DNA from: Dehalococcoidia bacterium
GTDB lineage: Bacteria > Chloroflexota > Dehalococcoidia > Lucifugimonadales > QGNO01
Assembly: GCA_965261445.1 (NCBI GenBank)
Contig: CBDHCW010000025.1
Coordinates: forward strand, 13,870-77,869
Length of the DNA: 64,000 nucleotides
Direction: 5' to 3'
Shown here piece after piece: positions 1-9,676 of the stretch. Each line of letters begins with the position of its first letter. The stretch's first letter is position 1. The position numbers and the translations under genes were made by a program. The notes below the pieces were generated by a model. That model was not told where the DNA came from and searched no databases. It saw nothing but the letters and a program-made list of their open reading frames with translations.

Positions 1-199
1 TGTACAGATGAGACTGATGTTGACGGTTTGAAATACGTCCAACAGAGAGCAAATTTGTACAGAACGCTGAATATTTGTACACAAGACGGATTCTTATACA
101 AAGCCGTCTTTTAACCCCCCACCATCCCCATCTTGACGCAACCGTGATAAACTGTGCCCCGGATAAATCCCCTGCATACTCGGTGCTCAGGAGGTACAA

Positions 200-1612
200 A
201 TGACAGGCAAGACTCGCATTGAACGGGACTCCATGGGAGAGATGGAGGTCCCTGAAGACGCTTACTACGGCGCTTCCACACAGCGCGCCGTCCTCAACTT
301 CCCCATCTCCAACCTGCGATTCTCTCGCAACTTCAACAGGGGCATGGCCCAGATCAAGCAGGCGGCGGCACAGGTCAACGTGGAGCTTGGTCTGCTCGAC
401 AAAGACACCGGCGACATAATAGTCAAGGCCGCTCAGGACGTCATCGACGGCAAGCTGGAAGACCACTTCGTCGTCGACATCTTCCAGACCGGCTCTGGCA
501 CCTCCACCAACATGAACGCCAACGAGGTCATTGCCAACCGGGCCGCGGAGCTTCTTGGCAATCCCAAGGGCACCCGTGGCCCCGTTCACCCCAACGACCA
601 CGTAAACAAGGGACAGTCCTCCAACGACGTTATACCCACCGCCATCCACGTCACCGCGGCGCAGGCCATCCAGGAAGAGCTCATCCCCGCTCTGGAGATG
701 CTGCGCGACGCCATGCAGAAAAAGACCGACGAGTATTGGGGCATCATCAAGACGGGACGTACCCACCTGCAGGACGCAACGCCCATCCGGCTTGGGCAAC
801 AGTTCCTTGGCTTTGTGGGTCAGGCCGAGCGGTCCATAGAGCGCGCCCGTGAAGCCCTTGACGAGCTCGCTGAAGTCGCCTTGGGCGGCACGGCTGTGGG
901 CACCGGCGTCGGCACCAACCAGCAGTTCGCTCCCAAGGTCATAGAGAAGCTTAGCCAGCTTACCGGCGTCGAGCTCCGCGAGACCAGCAACCACTTCCAG
1001 GCGCAGAGCACCCTGGACAACATCGTAGCCGCCAGCGGCGCCACGAATACCATCGCCGTCAGCCTGATGAAGATTGCCAACGACCTTCGATGGCTGGGCT
1101 CCGGCCCGCGTGCCGGCATAGGTGAGATAGAACTGCCGGAGGTGCAACCTGGCAGCTCCATCATGCCGGGCAAGGTCAACCCCGTTATTCCGGAGTCGGT
1201 CTGCCAGGTCTGTGCCCAGGTGATGGGCAACCACGTCGCCGTTACGGTGTCTGGCCAGTCGGGCAACTTCGAGATCAACGTCATGATGCCTGTCGCCGCC
1301 TACAACCTGGTCCAGTCCATTGAGCTTCTGGCCTCTGTGACCAAGAATTTCGTGGAGCAGTGTATTGACGGCATCAACGCCACCGCCAAGGGTCCCGCAA
1401 TGGTCGAACAGGGACTCGCCATCTGTACCGGCCTGGTTCCTGCCATAGGCTACGATGCGGCGGCCAAGATAGCCCAGGAAGCGCAGCGCACCGGTAAGAC
1501 AGTACGCGAGGTAGCCCTAGAGAGCACCGACCTGACCGAAGACCAGCTCGACGAGCTTTTGGACGCCGAAGCCATGACTGAACCGACAGCAAAAATAGCT
1601 GCCGGCGGTTGA
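200..1612 (+). CDS. Fumarate-lyase superfamily enzyme (class II fumarase / aspartate ammonia-lyase-like)
   Basis: 470-aa ORF with the GSSIMPGKVNP signature. It also has QTGSGTSTNMNANEV, GRTHLQDATP and KIANDLRWL motifs. VIPE following KVNP is aspartase-like, whereas QTGSGT is fumarase-like. An AGGAGG RBS sits just upstream of the ATG. Confidence 0.85.
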   Translation: MTGKTRIERDSMGEMEVPEDAYYGASTQRAVLNFPISNLRFSRNFNRGMAQIKQAAAQVNVELGLLDKDTGDIIVKAAQDVIDGKLEDHFVVDIFQTGSGTSTNMNANEVIANRAAELLGNPKGTRGPVHPNDHVNKGQSSNDVIPTAIHVTAAQAIQEELIPALEMLRDAMQKKTDEYWGIIKTGRTHLQDATPIRLGQQFLGFVGQAERSIERAREALDELAEVALGGTAVGTGVGTNQQFAPKVIEKLSQLTGVELRETSNHFQAQSTLDNIVAASGATNTIAVSLMKIANDLRWLGSGPRAGIGEIELPEVQPGSSIMPGKVNPVIPESVCQVCAQVMGNHVAVTVSGQSGNFEINVMMPVAAYNLVQSIELLASVTKNFVEQCIDGINATAKGPAMVEQGLAICTGLVPAIGYDAAAKIAQEAQRTGKTVREVALESTDLTEDQLDELLDAEAMTEPTAKIAAGG

Positions 1613-1623
1613 GGACGTTCAAT

Positions 1624-1887
1624 ATGCCGTACGGCCTGACTATAAAGCACGACCGTTCCGGTAAGCGCCTGGAAGTGCAGTGCGCACACCAGAACGGCTT
1701 GGTCTACGTGGTGCCCAGCGAGGCAAGCTGGGTATGCTCTGAAGAGCACATACACGCCCACGCCCTAGCCGGGTTCTTCAAGGAGTTGACTGGCTTGGCA
1801 GAGCCTCGCGTTAAGGAGCTTATGCAGAAGTGGGGCCTCTATTTCAGGGAGCGGCCCCTGGACAGTGAAGACGGCGAGTCCATATAA
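1624..1887 (+). CDS. Hypothetical small protein
   Basis: ORF directly after the lyase gene, taking the ATG at 1624 inside the 1609..1887 track ORF. I recognise no motif. Confidence 0.3.
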   Translation: MPYGLTIKHDRSGKRLEVQCAHQNGLVYVVPSEASWVCSEEHIHAHALAGFFKELTGLAEPRVKELMQKWGLYFRERPLDSEDGESI

Positions 1888-1891
1888 GAGA

Positions 1892-3745
1892 CTAGTCGGT
1901 GGTTGGCGCCGCTAGGGGCTCGACCACCAGTGGAGGCGCCTCCGATTCTAGGAGCTTGTTAAGCGCGGCGCCTTCAATAGTTTCGTTTGTTATCAGGTGG
2001 CGCGCCAGTTGTACCAGCTTTGCCTTATTTGTTTCCAGTATCTCTTCGGCCCTGTCGTGGGCCTCCTGGATAAGGCGGTGCACCTCTTCGTCGATTTGCT
2101 GTGCCGTATTGTCGCTGTAGTCACTCTGCTCAGATATCTCTCTGCCCAGGAAGACAAGCTCTTCGCGCTTTCCAAAGGTGCGCGGTCCCAGCTTCTCGCT
2201 CATGCCGTAGCGGGTCACCATGTTGCGGGCTATCTGTGTTGCGCTCTCTAGGTCGTTGCTGGCTCCCGTAGTGACCTCTCCGAATATCTGCTCCTCCGCA
2301 ACACGTCCTCCCAGCGCCGCGGCCAGCATATCTTTGAACTGTGCTTTGCTAAACAGGTGCCTGTCTTCTTCAGGCAAGAACCGGGTATACCCGCCCATAC
2401 CTCCGCGCGCCACTATGGACACCTTCTGTACAGGGTCGGCATGAGTAAGCTTATGGCCCACCAGGGCGTGGCCGCCTTCGTGGTAGGCGGTGATCTCCTT
2501 CTCCTTGTGGCTGATCACTCGGCTTTTCCGCTCCGGCCCTGCGATCACCCTGTCTATTGCCTCACCGAACTCATCAAACATGACGGTCTTCTTGCTGCGC
2601 CGCGCCGCCAGAATAGCAGCTTCGTTAACCAGATTCGCCAGATCCGCCCCGCTGAACCCCGGGGTCTCTTTTGCTACCACTTCCAGATTTACGTCCGCGT
2701 CTATGGGCTTCCCTTTGGTGTGAACGCTTAGGATGGCCTCTCGCCCTGCGATGTCCGGCAAATCGAGTACCACCCGCCTATCGAACCGGCCGGGACGGAG
2801 CAGGGCCGGGTCCAGTATGTCCGGGCGGTTGGTAGCCGCCACCACAATTACGTTGATACTGGAATCAAACCCGTCTATCTCCACAAGAATCTGGTTTAGC
2901 GTTTGTTCGCGCTCGTCATGACCGCCGCCAAGGCCGGCGCCGCGGTGTCTCCCAACGGCGTCTATCTCATCGACAAAGATAATGCAGGGTGCGTTGCGCT
3001 TTGCCTGGTCAAACAGGTCGCGCACTCTTGCTGCTCCTACGCCCACGAACATCTCAACGAACTCGCTGCCGCTTATCGAGAAGAATGGCACACCCGCTTC
3101 GCCTGCCACTGCTTTTGCCAGCAGGGTCTTGCCTGTGCCGGGAGGCCCTACCAGAAGCACTCCCTTGGGTATGCGCGCCCCCAGCGACACAAACCGCTCC
3201 GGGTACGTGAGGAACTCCACGATTTCCTGCAACTCGGCTTTGGACTCTTCCACACCGGCCACGTCGGAAAAAGTAACGCTGGGTTTGTTGCCAACCAGCA
3301 TTCTGGCCTTACTGCGGCCAAAGCTCAGGGTTTGATTGTTGCTGCCCTGAGCCTGGCGCATCATGAACAGCAGAATAGCGCCAAAGAACAGCAGTGGTAG
3401 GAAATTGAACAGCAACCCGAATATGTTGGACAGACCACTGGAGCCCTTGACGGTGAGTTGGACGCCGCCTTCACCCGTCTCCACTCCGGCCTGGGTGAGC
3501 ACCTCAAGGATGCTGGTGCCGGGCTCCTTGCGAGAATTGAAATCCGCTCCTTCACGCGGGCTAACGGTGAGGTTGTCTCCGTCTACCACAATGGACCTCA
3601 GACGGTTCTCCCGGGCCATTTGGACAACACTCGCTATATCTTTCTGCTCCCCGCGAGCGCCGGAAGTGAAGTTGTAGAAGACCAAGATGATGGCAATAGC
3701 CACCACAGCATAAATTATTGTATTGCGCAGCCAGTGGGATCCCAT
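1892..3745 (-). CDS. ftsH: ATP-dependent zinc metalloprotease FtsH
   Basis: Walker A GPPGTGKT, an AAA second region of homology, the HEGGHAL zinc site and an N-terminal TM segment. I place the start at the internal Met (MGSHWLRN), which is codon 44 of the 1892..3874 track ORF. Confidence 0.9.
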   Translation of the reverse strand: MGSHWLRNTIIYAVVAIAIILVFYNFTSGARGEQKDIASVVQMARENRLRSIVVDGDNLTVSPREGADFNSRKEPGTSILEVLTQAGVETGEGGVQLTVKGSSGLSNIFGLLFNFLPLLFFGAILLFMMRQAQGSNNQTLSFGRSKARMLVGNKPSVTFSDVAGVEESKAELQEIVEFLTYPERFVSLGARIPKGVLLVGPPGTGKTLLAKAVAGEAGVPFFSISGSEFVEMFVGVGAARVRDLFDQAKRNAPCIIFVDEIDAVGRHRGAGLGGGHDEREQTLNQILVEIDGFDSSINVIVVAATNRPDILDPALLRPGRFDRRVVLDLPDIAGREAILSVHTKGKPIDADVNLEVVAKETPGFSGADLANLVNEAAILAARRSKKTVMFDEFGEAIDRVIAGPERKSRVISHKEKEITAYHEGGHALVGHKLTHADPVQKVSIVARGGMGGYTRFLPEEDRHLFSKAQFKDMLAAALGGRVAEEQIFGEVTTGASNDLESATQIARNMVTRYGMSEKLGPRTFGKREELVFLGREISEQSDYSDNTAQQIDEEVHRLIQEAHDRAEEILETNKAKLVQLARHLITNETIEGAALNKLLESEAPPLVVEPLAAPTTD

Positions 3746-3893
3746 AAACTTCTCCAATGGTTTGTCCGCCACTGATATTAAAGCTGTATTGTTATTGTAC
3801 CTGAAGTGCCATTTCAAAGAAAGTACGGTCTTGATGTGCACGGTGGATTGAATGTTGACACTCCCGTACTTCACACCTAAAATCAGTTGTTAG

Positions 3894-4718
3894 ATGATAG
3901 CTAAGGAAGGATTGGTGCAACCAACCACCCTTTCAGACGCTGCTGCGCAGTACCTGGAAACGCAGAAAGAGAAGGATGCGCATGCGGCTCAAAGGGAACT
4001 CTCTCGCTTTGTCCAATGGTGCGGACGGGACCGCCAGGTCAATGCAATTCTACCCATTCAGGTTGAGGAGTACAGTGCCACCTTGGAGTACTCCGGGGAC
4101 AGCGGCAATGTCAGACTGGCTATAACCAAGCGGTTCCTTAATTTCCTCCGCAACCATGGCATGACCGAGACCAAGCTTGCGTCGTTCGCCAGGATTAGAC
4201 GCAACGGTAAGAGAAGGAGCGCGGCGCAGGCTAAGAGGGTTGCATTGGAGGCTCCCAAGAAGATAACACTGGAGGGTCACAAGAAACTTCTGGAAGACCT
4301 TGATTCCTTGAAGGCGGAAAGGGGCAAGATAGCAGACGAGATCCGCCAGGCTGCTTCAACCGGAGACTTCAGCGAGAACTCGCCCCTGGATGCGGCTAGA
4401 GAGCATCAAGGCCAGACGGAAGCGCGGATCAGAGAGTTGGAAAGCATCTTGAAGAATGTGGTGATTATGGATGGCGCTGCCGCTGGAATCGGAGGCGCTT
4501 CCATTAGCGTTGGCTCACGTGTAGTTTTGCAACACCTTCAGACAGGGAAAGAGATTAGCTATCTCCTAGTTGAGCCCAGTGAGGCTGACCCCTCTGCCGG
4601 TAAGCTTTCTACCGCCTCTCCCGTAGGCCAGGCTGTGTTGGATCGCTCTGAAGGAGACCAGGTAGAGGTGGTCACTCCCAAGGGCGCGGTGACCTACAAA
4701 GTGACACAGGTGGGCTGA
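3894..4718 (+). CDS. GreA-family transcript cleavage factor with ~120-aa N-terminal extension
   Basis: The C-terminal ~155 aa match the GreA layout: a coiled coil carrying DFSENSPLDAAREHQ, then a globular domain with SVGSRV...PVGQAVL. The N-terminal part resembles a SAM-like core-binding fold only loosely. Confidence 0.75.
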   Translation: MIAKEGLVQPTTLSDAAAQYLETQKEKDAHAAQRELSRFVQWCGRDRQVNAILPIQVEEYSATLEYSGDSGNVRLAITKRFLNFLRNHGMTETKLASFARIRRNGKRRSAAQAKRVALEAPKKITLEGHKKLLEDLDSLKAERGKIADEIRQAASTGDFSENSPLDAAREHQGQTEARIRELESILKNVVIMDGAAAGIGGASISVGSRVVLQHLQTGKEISYLLVEPSEADPSAGKLSTASPVGQAVLDRSEGDQVEVVTPKGAVTYKVTQVG

Positions 4719-4745
4719 TTACTCAGACCCTACGTTAATAATAAG

Positions 4746-4774
4746 AAGCCCGTAGAGCGGGCTTTTTTCTTTTG
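4746..4774 (+). terminator. Rho-independent terminator after the GreA-family gene
   Basis: Stem aagcccg (4746-4752), loop tagag, stem cgggctt (4758-4764), followed by a T-run ttttctttt. Confidence 0.75.
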
Positions 4775-4787
4775 TGAGGTAGGGACA

Positions 4788-6074
4788 TTGGAAGAAAGCT
4801 CGTCTACCGGAATCGGCATGCACAACTGGGCATTGCTTGCTGTTGTGATTGGTATGGGTATCCCCGCGGTTGTCATCAGCTGGCTGGTCATCCTTACCGG
4901 GAGGCCGGACCTCCTTCCATGGATGGGTAGCGTCGTTTTCGGGGTCGGCATAGTAGGAGCCGCCGCTTTGCTTGCCTGGGCTTCGGAAGTCGCCGAGATC
5001 GACATATCCCAGGGGCTGGCCCTGGCCATTGTTGCCCTGGTAGCTGTGCTCCCCGAATTAGCGGTGGATTTATTCCTTGCCTGGCAGGCCGGCAATGATC
5101 CATCATCCCTCTACTCTTCGTACGCCACCGCCAACATGACGGGAGGAAACAGGCTCATCGTGGGATTGGGCTGGCCCATGGTTGTTTTGCTCTACTGGTT
5201 CAAGCGCAAGCAAAACGTGTCCCTGACCACTGGCGTATCGCCGGAGATTGCCTTCCTTGTCGTCGGCGCTCTGTATGCAGTGTTCATTGTGGTGAAGGGC
5301 GAGATCTCTTTGTGGGACACGGCTGTTCTCCTTCCCCTTTTCGGCGTATACATCTGGCTCAGTGGCCGAGGCGAGCACTCCGAGCCGGACCTCATTGGCC
5401 CTTCACGAGCCATAGCATCTTTCGGGGCAACCGGACGCAGGGTAGCCGTTGTTCTCATATTCCTATATGCCATAGGAGTGATAATCTTTTCTACGGAGCT
5501 ATTTGCCGAAGGACTGATAGATACCGGCGCCCAGTTTGGAATAGATGAGTTCGTCCTCATCCAGTGGCTGGCCCCGCTTGCTTCCGAGGCGCCTGAAATG
5601 CTTATTGCCAGCTACTTTGCGCTGAGAGGGGCGCCCGGTGCGGCGTTGATCATGCTGGTGTCGGCCACGGTTAACCAGTGGACCCTCTTGCTAGGCAGTT
5701 TGCCCATTGCCTACAGCCTTGGTTTTGGAGGCGTTGCCGCACTCCCCTTGACGACCGGCGAATCGATCACTCTTCTTGGAGTCTCAGGCCACAGGCAGCA
5801 GGTGGAGCTTATTCTGACCATGGCTCAAACCGTTTTTGCTGTTGTTCTGGTGCTTCGCTTGTATGCTTCCTGGAGGGGTATGGGCCTACTGCTGGCTTTA
5901 TTCATTACCCAGCTTGTCTTCTCCGGTACCGAGCAACGGTTAGCCGTATCAGCGCTACTCCTATCTCTGGCTTTGCTCCTGTTGATTGTCGACGGACGGC
6001 GCAGAGACGGTATTAGAGATCTGGCAACTCACGTTGCCGGCGCGTTCCGCAGACGTCCCGTTCAGAGCCTATAG
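4788..6074 (+). CDS. Ca2+/cation antiporter (CaCA, sodium/calcium exchanger membrane region) family protein
   Basis: Polytopic membrane ORF with two alpha-repeat-like segments (ASEVAEIDISQGLALAIVALVAVLPELAVD and IQWLAPLASEAPEMLIA). The start could instead be the ATG at 4818. Confidence 0.6.
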   Translation: MEESSSTGIGMHNWALLAVVIGMGIPAVVISWLVILTGRPDLLPWMGSVVFGVGIVGAAALLAWASEVAEIDISQGLALAIVALVAVLPELAVDLFLAWQAGNDPSSLYSSYATANMTGGNRLIVGLGWPMVVLLYWFKRKQNVSLTTGVSPEIAFLVVGALYAVFIVVKGEISLWDTAVLLPLFGVYIWLSGRGEHSEPDLIGPSRAIASFGATGRRVAVVLIFLYAIGVIIFSTELFAEGLIDTGAQFGIDEFVLIQWLAPLASEAPEMLIASYFALRGAPGAALIMLVSATVNQWTLLLGSLPIAYSLGFGGVAALPLTTGESITLLGVSGHRQQVELILTMAQTVFAVVLVLRLYASWRGMGLLLALFITQLVFSGTEQRLAVSALLLSLALLLLIVDGRRRDGIRDLATHVAGAFRRRPVQSL

Positions 6075-6089
6075 CTGTACAATCAAGGC

Positions 6090-6383
6090 ATGCAGCCATC
6101 CAGTCCAAAGCGGTTTGCCGAATGTCCACGTTGCCATAGTCCTGCTGTGTATGTACCCTGGCGTCCCCAGGCGGTGGCTTGGCGCAGGCGGGCAGGGCTG
6201 TGGCTGACTTTGCTCTGGCTGACCTCTATATTGTGGCTCATAGTAGGACTGTTGCATGGGGGCATTCTCTGGCTGGGTGCCTTGGCTGTTTACGTAGTCA
6301 TAACCGTGGTTGCCGCTGGTCTTATCTACAGGAGCGTTCGCGGCTACCGGTGTAGCTCTTGCGATCTGCGCTGGAGCGTCTGA
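6090..6383 (+). CDS. Small membrane protein with split CxxC...CxxC zinc-ribbon-like termini
   Basis: 97 aa. CPRC near the N-terminus, two hydrophobic helices, and CSSC near the C-terminus. Confidence 0.4.
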   Translation: MQPSSPKRFAECPRCHSPAVYVPWRPQAVAWRRRAGLWLTLLWLTSILWLIVGLLHGGILWLGALAVYVVITVVAAGLIYRSVRGYRCSSCDLRWSV

Positions 6384-6460
6384 AGCAGAGCGGGAAATTG
6401 ACACATCAATGGGCCGGAGATATTCTCCGGCTGTCTTAGAAATTAGGATAGAGGTGGGCT

Positions 6461-6751
6461 ATGGCAAGCTATCTGGTATTGGGCAACTATACGGACGAGG
6501 GCATACGGAACATCAAGGATTCTCCTGACCGTCTTCAGGCAGCCAAGCAAGCTGTCAAGGATGCCGGGGGCAGGGTGATCTTCTTCTACCTAACCTTGGG
6601 CCAATACGACTTCGCGTCTCTGGTGGAAATCCCCAACGATGAAGTCGCGGCAGCAATCTTGCTCAGGCTGGGCGGCGAGGGCAATATCCGAACCACCACC
6701 CTAAAGGCATTCACGGAAGACGAGTACCAGAGCATTGTTGCTTCTGTGTGA
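6461..6751 (+). CDS. GYD domain-containing protein
   Basis: 96 aa starting MASYLVLGNYTDEG...GQYDFASLVE, the typical GYD-family pattern. Confidence 0.75.
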   Translation: MASYLVLGNYTDEGIRNIKDSPDRLQAAKQAVKDAGGRVIFFYLTLGQYDFASLVEIPNDEVAAAILLRLGGEGNIRTTTLKAFTEDEYQSIVASV

Positions 6752-6810
6752 GGCTGGGCTAACGTCCGCTTGAACCGCGCCGGTCGATTTGACAGGACCG
6801 ATGCAGCCCC

Positions 6811-9399
6811 TCACCCCCCAAACCACTCCGCCAGTCCCGCCTTGTTCTGCTCCAGCCAGCGTATATTCAGCCCTATCCGCTCCAGCGACTGCTGAATCGT
6901 GCGGCTTGCCGAGGGCGTGGGGTGCTCTTGGAAGAACTCCTCCACTTCTTGGCGCGCCTCAGGCGTGGTGAAACCGCCCGTGATCTGCACCAGCCGCATC
7001 ATGGCGAAGCCGCCCGCCCCGTACCGTCTGTCGAGCTCTTGCCAGTTCCTTTTCGCATAGTCCCAGGCGATCTCTCTGCCGTTCTTGGGGTTGATGGCCA
7101 CGAAGTTGACCAGCATTACACTGTCCTGCGACCGCACCTTCTCCGATAGCGTCATCTCGATGGTTTTTTCAAGCAGTTCCTGGTCTTGGAAGCTGGACAT
7201 GGCCATGAGTAGGCGTACCTTCTCTTCCTGTAAGTCCGCCTCGTCGTGGAGGCGCTGCAAGGATGTGTACGTATTGCCGTCGCCCCCGTATGCCGCCAGG
7301 TTGTACACCGCACCGCGCATGTCCGGTGACAGCGAAGACGGGTCCTCCAGGTAGCGGTGGAACCGTTGTTGCGCCTCTTCCAGGGCCTCCCTGTCGCCGA
7401 ATGCTCCCATCTGCCCCAGTACGGTGCTGCGCAGCAGGCTTCGCAGATGCCCTTCTTCCGCTTCCTTCTCCCAGCCCACTTTGTGAGCTATGTCGCTGAG
7501 CAGGCCTCTGCCGAACTCCTGGTATCGTTGGTAGTAGGGCTCTTGGGCAACGAGCGATGCGAGGCCGCGTAGATTGGCCGTGAGATCGGCCCATACTGGG
7601 TACTCGGTCTCCTGTCCATAGGCCCTGGCCAGGTCCAAGAACCGTGTCGCCGGGATCATCCCCGCCCTTGCCAGTGCGTAGGCGTCCGCCTGCAACCCCA
7701 GCCGGTCGGCGCTGGGCAGTTCCAGAGACTCCACCGCCGGTATCAGCCTGGCCAGGTCTTCCTGCTTGTACTGGGCTCTGTAGAAGCCGGTCTGTTCGGA
7801 ATTGACCTTCACCCAAAAATTGCTGATTCCGTGTGGCGGCTGGGCTTCCAGGGCAGCTTCCCTGTTGCTCATCACCATGGACACCGGCTCCGTCATGCCT
7901 TGAACGGTTGCTCTTACCGGGATCTGCCATAGTGTGAGGTCCTGGTTTGGCCCGGAGTAGAGGAAGCGTTGCTGGGTCAGCCCTACGGACACCGTATCTG
8001 CGCGGTTTACGTCCACGTTCAGGACGGGGTATCCCACCTGGTTGATCCAGCTTTCCATCATTGCCACCACCGGCTGTCCCGTTTCTTCTTGCATTGCCGA
8101 CCAGAGATCCGTACCCGTGGCGTTTTTGTAGATATGCTCTGAGATGTACCGGCGCAGCCCTTTTCTGAACTGCTCCGGGCCAAGGAACTGCTCCAGCATC
8201 CGCAGAATGGAGGCTCCTTTCTGATAGCTGATGGCGTCAAAGAGCTGGTTGATTTCAGCGGGGTCCTTCACCTCTTGCTCTATGGGGTGCGAGCTCTCCA
8301 GGCCATCCAGTCCTAACCCCGCATTCACGTCGGACGATACAAATTGCGTCCACAGGTCCCATTCCGGGTAGAGATGGTCTACCGCCTTGGTTGCCATCCA
8401 TGAAGCAAAGCTTTCGTTGAGCCATAGATCGTTCCACCAGTCCATGGTCACCAGGTCGCCGAACCACATGTGCGCCATCTCGTGAGCAACCACCTCCGCA
8501 ATGAGCTGGCGCGCCCTTGGGGAGGAGTTCTCTGCGTCGAACAGCAGGGCCACCTCCCGGTATGTGATGGCGCCCCAGTTCTCCATCGCCCCTGCCGCGA
8601 AGTCAGGTATCGCCAGCTGGTCCAGCTTCTCCAGCGGATACGGGATCCCGAAGTAGTCGTTATAGTAGGCCAGCAGCCGTTTTGCCGCCTCCAGCGCGAA
8701 ACGCCCCTGCTCCGATTTCCCCGGTGTCGTCCATATCCTCAACAGCGTCCCGCTGTCCGCCGTATCCTCTATAGATTCCAATTCGCCAACTACAAAGGCC
8801 AGCAGATAGGTGGACATCGGCGGCGTTTCGGCAAACTGCACTCGCTTTTTGTCGCTGCCTTCCGCCGACTCGCTGGCTATCGACGTATTGCACACGGCGG
8901 TGAGGTGCGACGGAATGACCAGCGTTACGTTGAAGGTGGCTTTCTTGTTGGGCTCATCCCAGCAGGGGAAGGCACGCCTTGCGTCTGTCGGCTCAAACTG
9001 TGTCGCTGCCAGGACCCGCGTTTCGCCGTTTGCCGACTGATATGTGCTGCGGTAGAAGCCGTGCAGCCTATCGTTGAGCTCTCCGCTGAAGCTCAGTTCG
9101 AGTTTGGCGCGGCCGGTCGGCAGTTCCTCTCCAAAATCGAAGGTTACCGTCTGCGCTTCTTCGTTGTAGCGTATGTCGCTTGCCTGCTTCATTCCGCCGC
9201 CGGCCGGCGTAACGGACGCCGACTGCACCTCTAAATCGGCTGCGTTCAGGGACAAAGTGGAGGTGGGCTCGGTAATTTCAACGTCTACGGTCTCATTGCC
9301 GGCAAAAGCGAATCTCTCCAGGTCGGGAGCCAGTGTGATCTCATATTTCAAGGGATGTGAATGTTGCGGCAGTATCACACGGTCTTGCGTATTTGCCAT
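6811..9399 (-). CDS. pepN: M1-family aminopeptidase N
   Basis: GAMENWG exopeptidase motif, HEMAHMWFGDLV-x18-E zinc site, and an ERAP1-like C-terminal domain. 862 aa. Confidence 0.9.
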   Translation of the reverse strand: MANTQDRVILPQHSHPLKYEITLAPDLERFAFAGNETVDVEITEPTSTLSLNAADLEVQSASVTPAGGGMKQASDIRYNEEAQTVTFDFGEELPTGRAKLELSFSGELNDRLHGFYRSTYQSANGETRVLAATQFEPTDARRAFPCWDEPNKKATFNVTLVIPSHLTAVCNTSIASESAEGSDKKRVQFAETPPMSTYLLAFVVGELESIEDTADSGTLLRIWTTPGKSEQGRFALEAAKRLLAYYNDYFGIPYPLEKLDQLAIPDFAAGAMENWGAITYREVALLFDAENSSPRARQLIAEVVAHEMAHMWFGDLVTMDWWNDLWLNESFASWMATKAVDHLYPEWDLWTQFVSSDVNAGLGLDGLESSHPIEQEVKDPAEINQLFDAISYQKGASILRMLEQFLGPEQFRKGLRRYISEHIYKNATGTDLWSAMQEETGQPVVAMMESWINQVGYPVLNVDVNRADTVSVGLTQQRFLYSGPNQDLTLWQIPVRATVQGMTEPVSMVMSNREAALEAQPPHGISNFWVKVNSEQTGFYRAQYKQEDLARLIPAVESLELPSADRLGLQADAYALARAGMIPATRFLDLARAYGQETEYPVWADLTANLRGLASLVAQEPYYQRYQEFGRGLLSDIAHKVGWEKEAEEGHLRSLLRSTVLGQMGAFGDREALEEAQQRFHRYLEDPSSLSPDMRGAVYNLAAYGGDGNTYTSLQRLHDEADLQEEKVRLLMAMSSFQDQELLEKTIEMTLSEKVRSQDSVMLVNFVAINPKNGREIAWDYAKRNWQELDRRYGAGGFAMMRLVQITGGFTTPEARQEVEEFFQEHPTPSASRTIQQSLERIGLNIRWLEQNKAGLAEWFGG

Positions 9400-9676
9400 G
9401 GGGTTCTACCTCGTCTCGCTAAGTCGTTTAGGGCAGGGGTTAAGGTAACACAATGCCATAGTTGAGGACAGACGTACGGGCATCCCCGCAGGCGTGGGAC
9501 GCCCTGCTCACCCCGTACCGTCCTCCCACCGTCATTCCCGTGCTCGACACGGGAATCCATCCCCCCTTCGTCATTGCGAGCCTCTGAGCACAGCGAAGAA
9601 TCCCTTGACAGTGTTCCATGGCGGTGTTATGCCTATGCCACTCCCGGCGTACCGGAGTATTGAAGGAGGTGGCAAG

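Noticed and set aside
9494-9676. N-terminal extensions of track ORFs: 9494 (epimerase), 54559 (glycerate kinase), 22962 (oxidase), 32321 (agmatinase family) and 3874 (ftsH).
   Set aside because: In each case an internal Met, preceded by a good RBS or coinciding with the family's conserved N-terminus, gives the expected protein. The upstream part runs through repeats or the antisense strand of a neighbouring gene.
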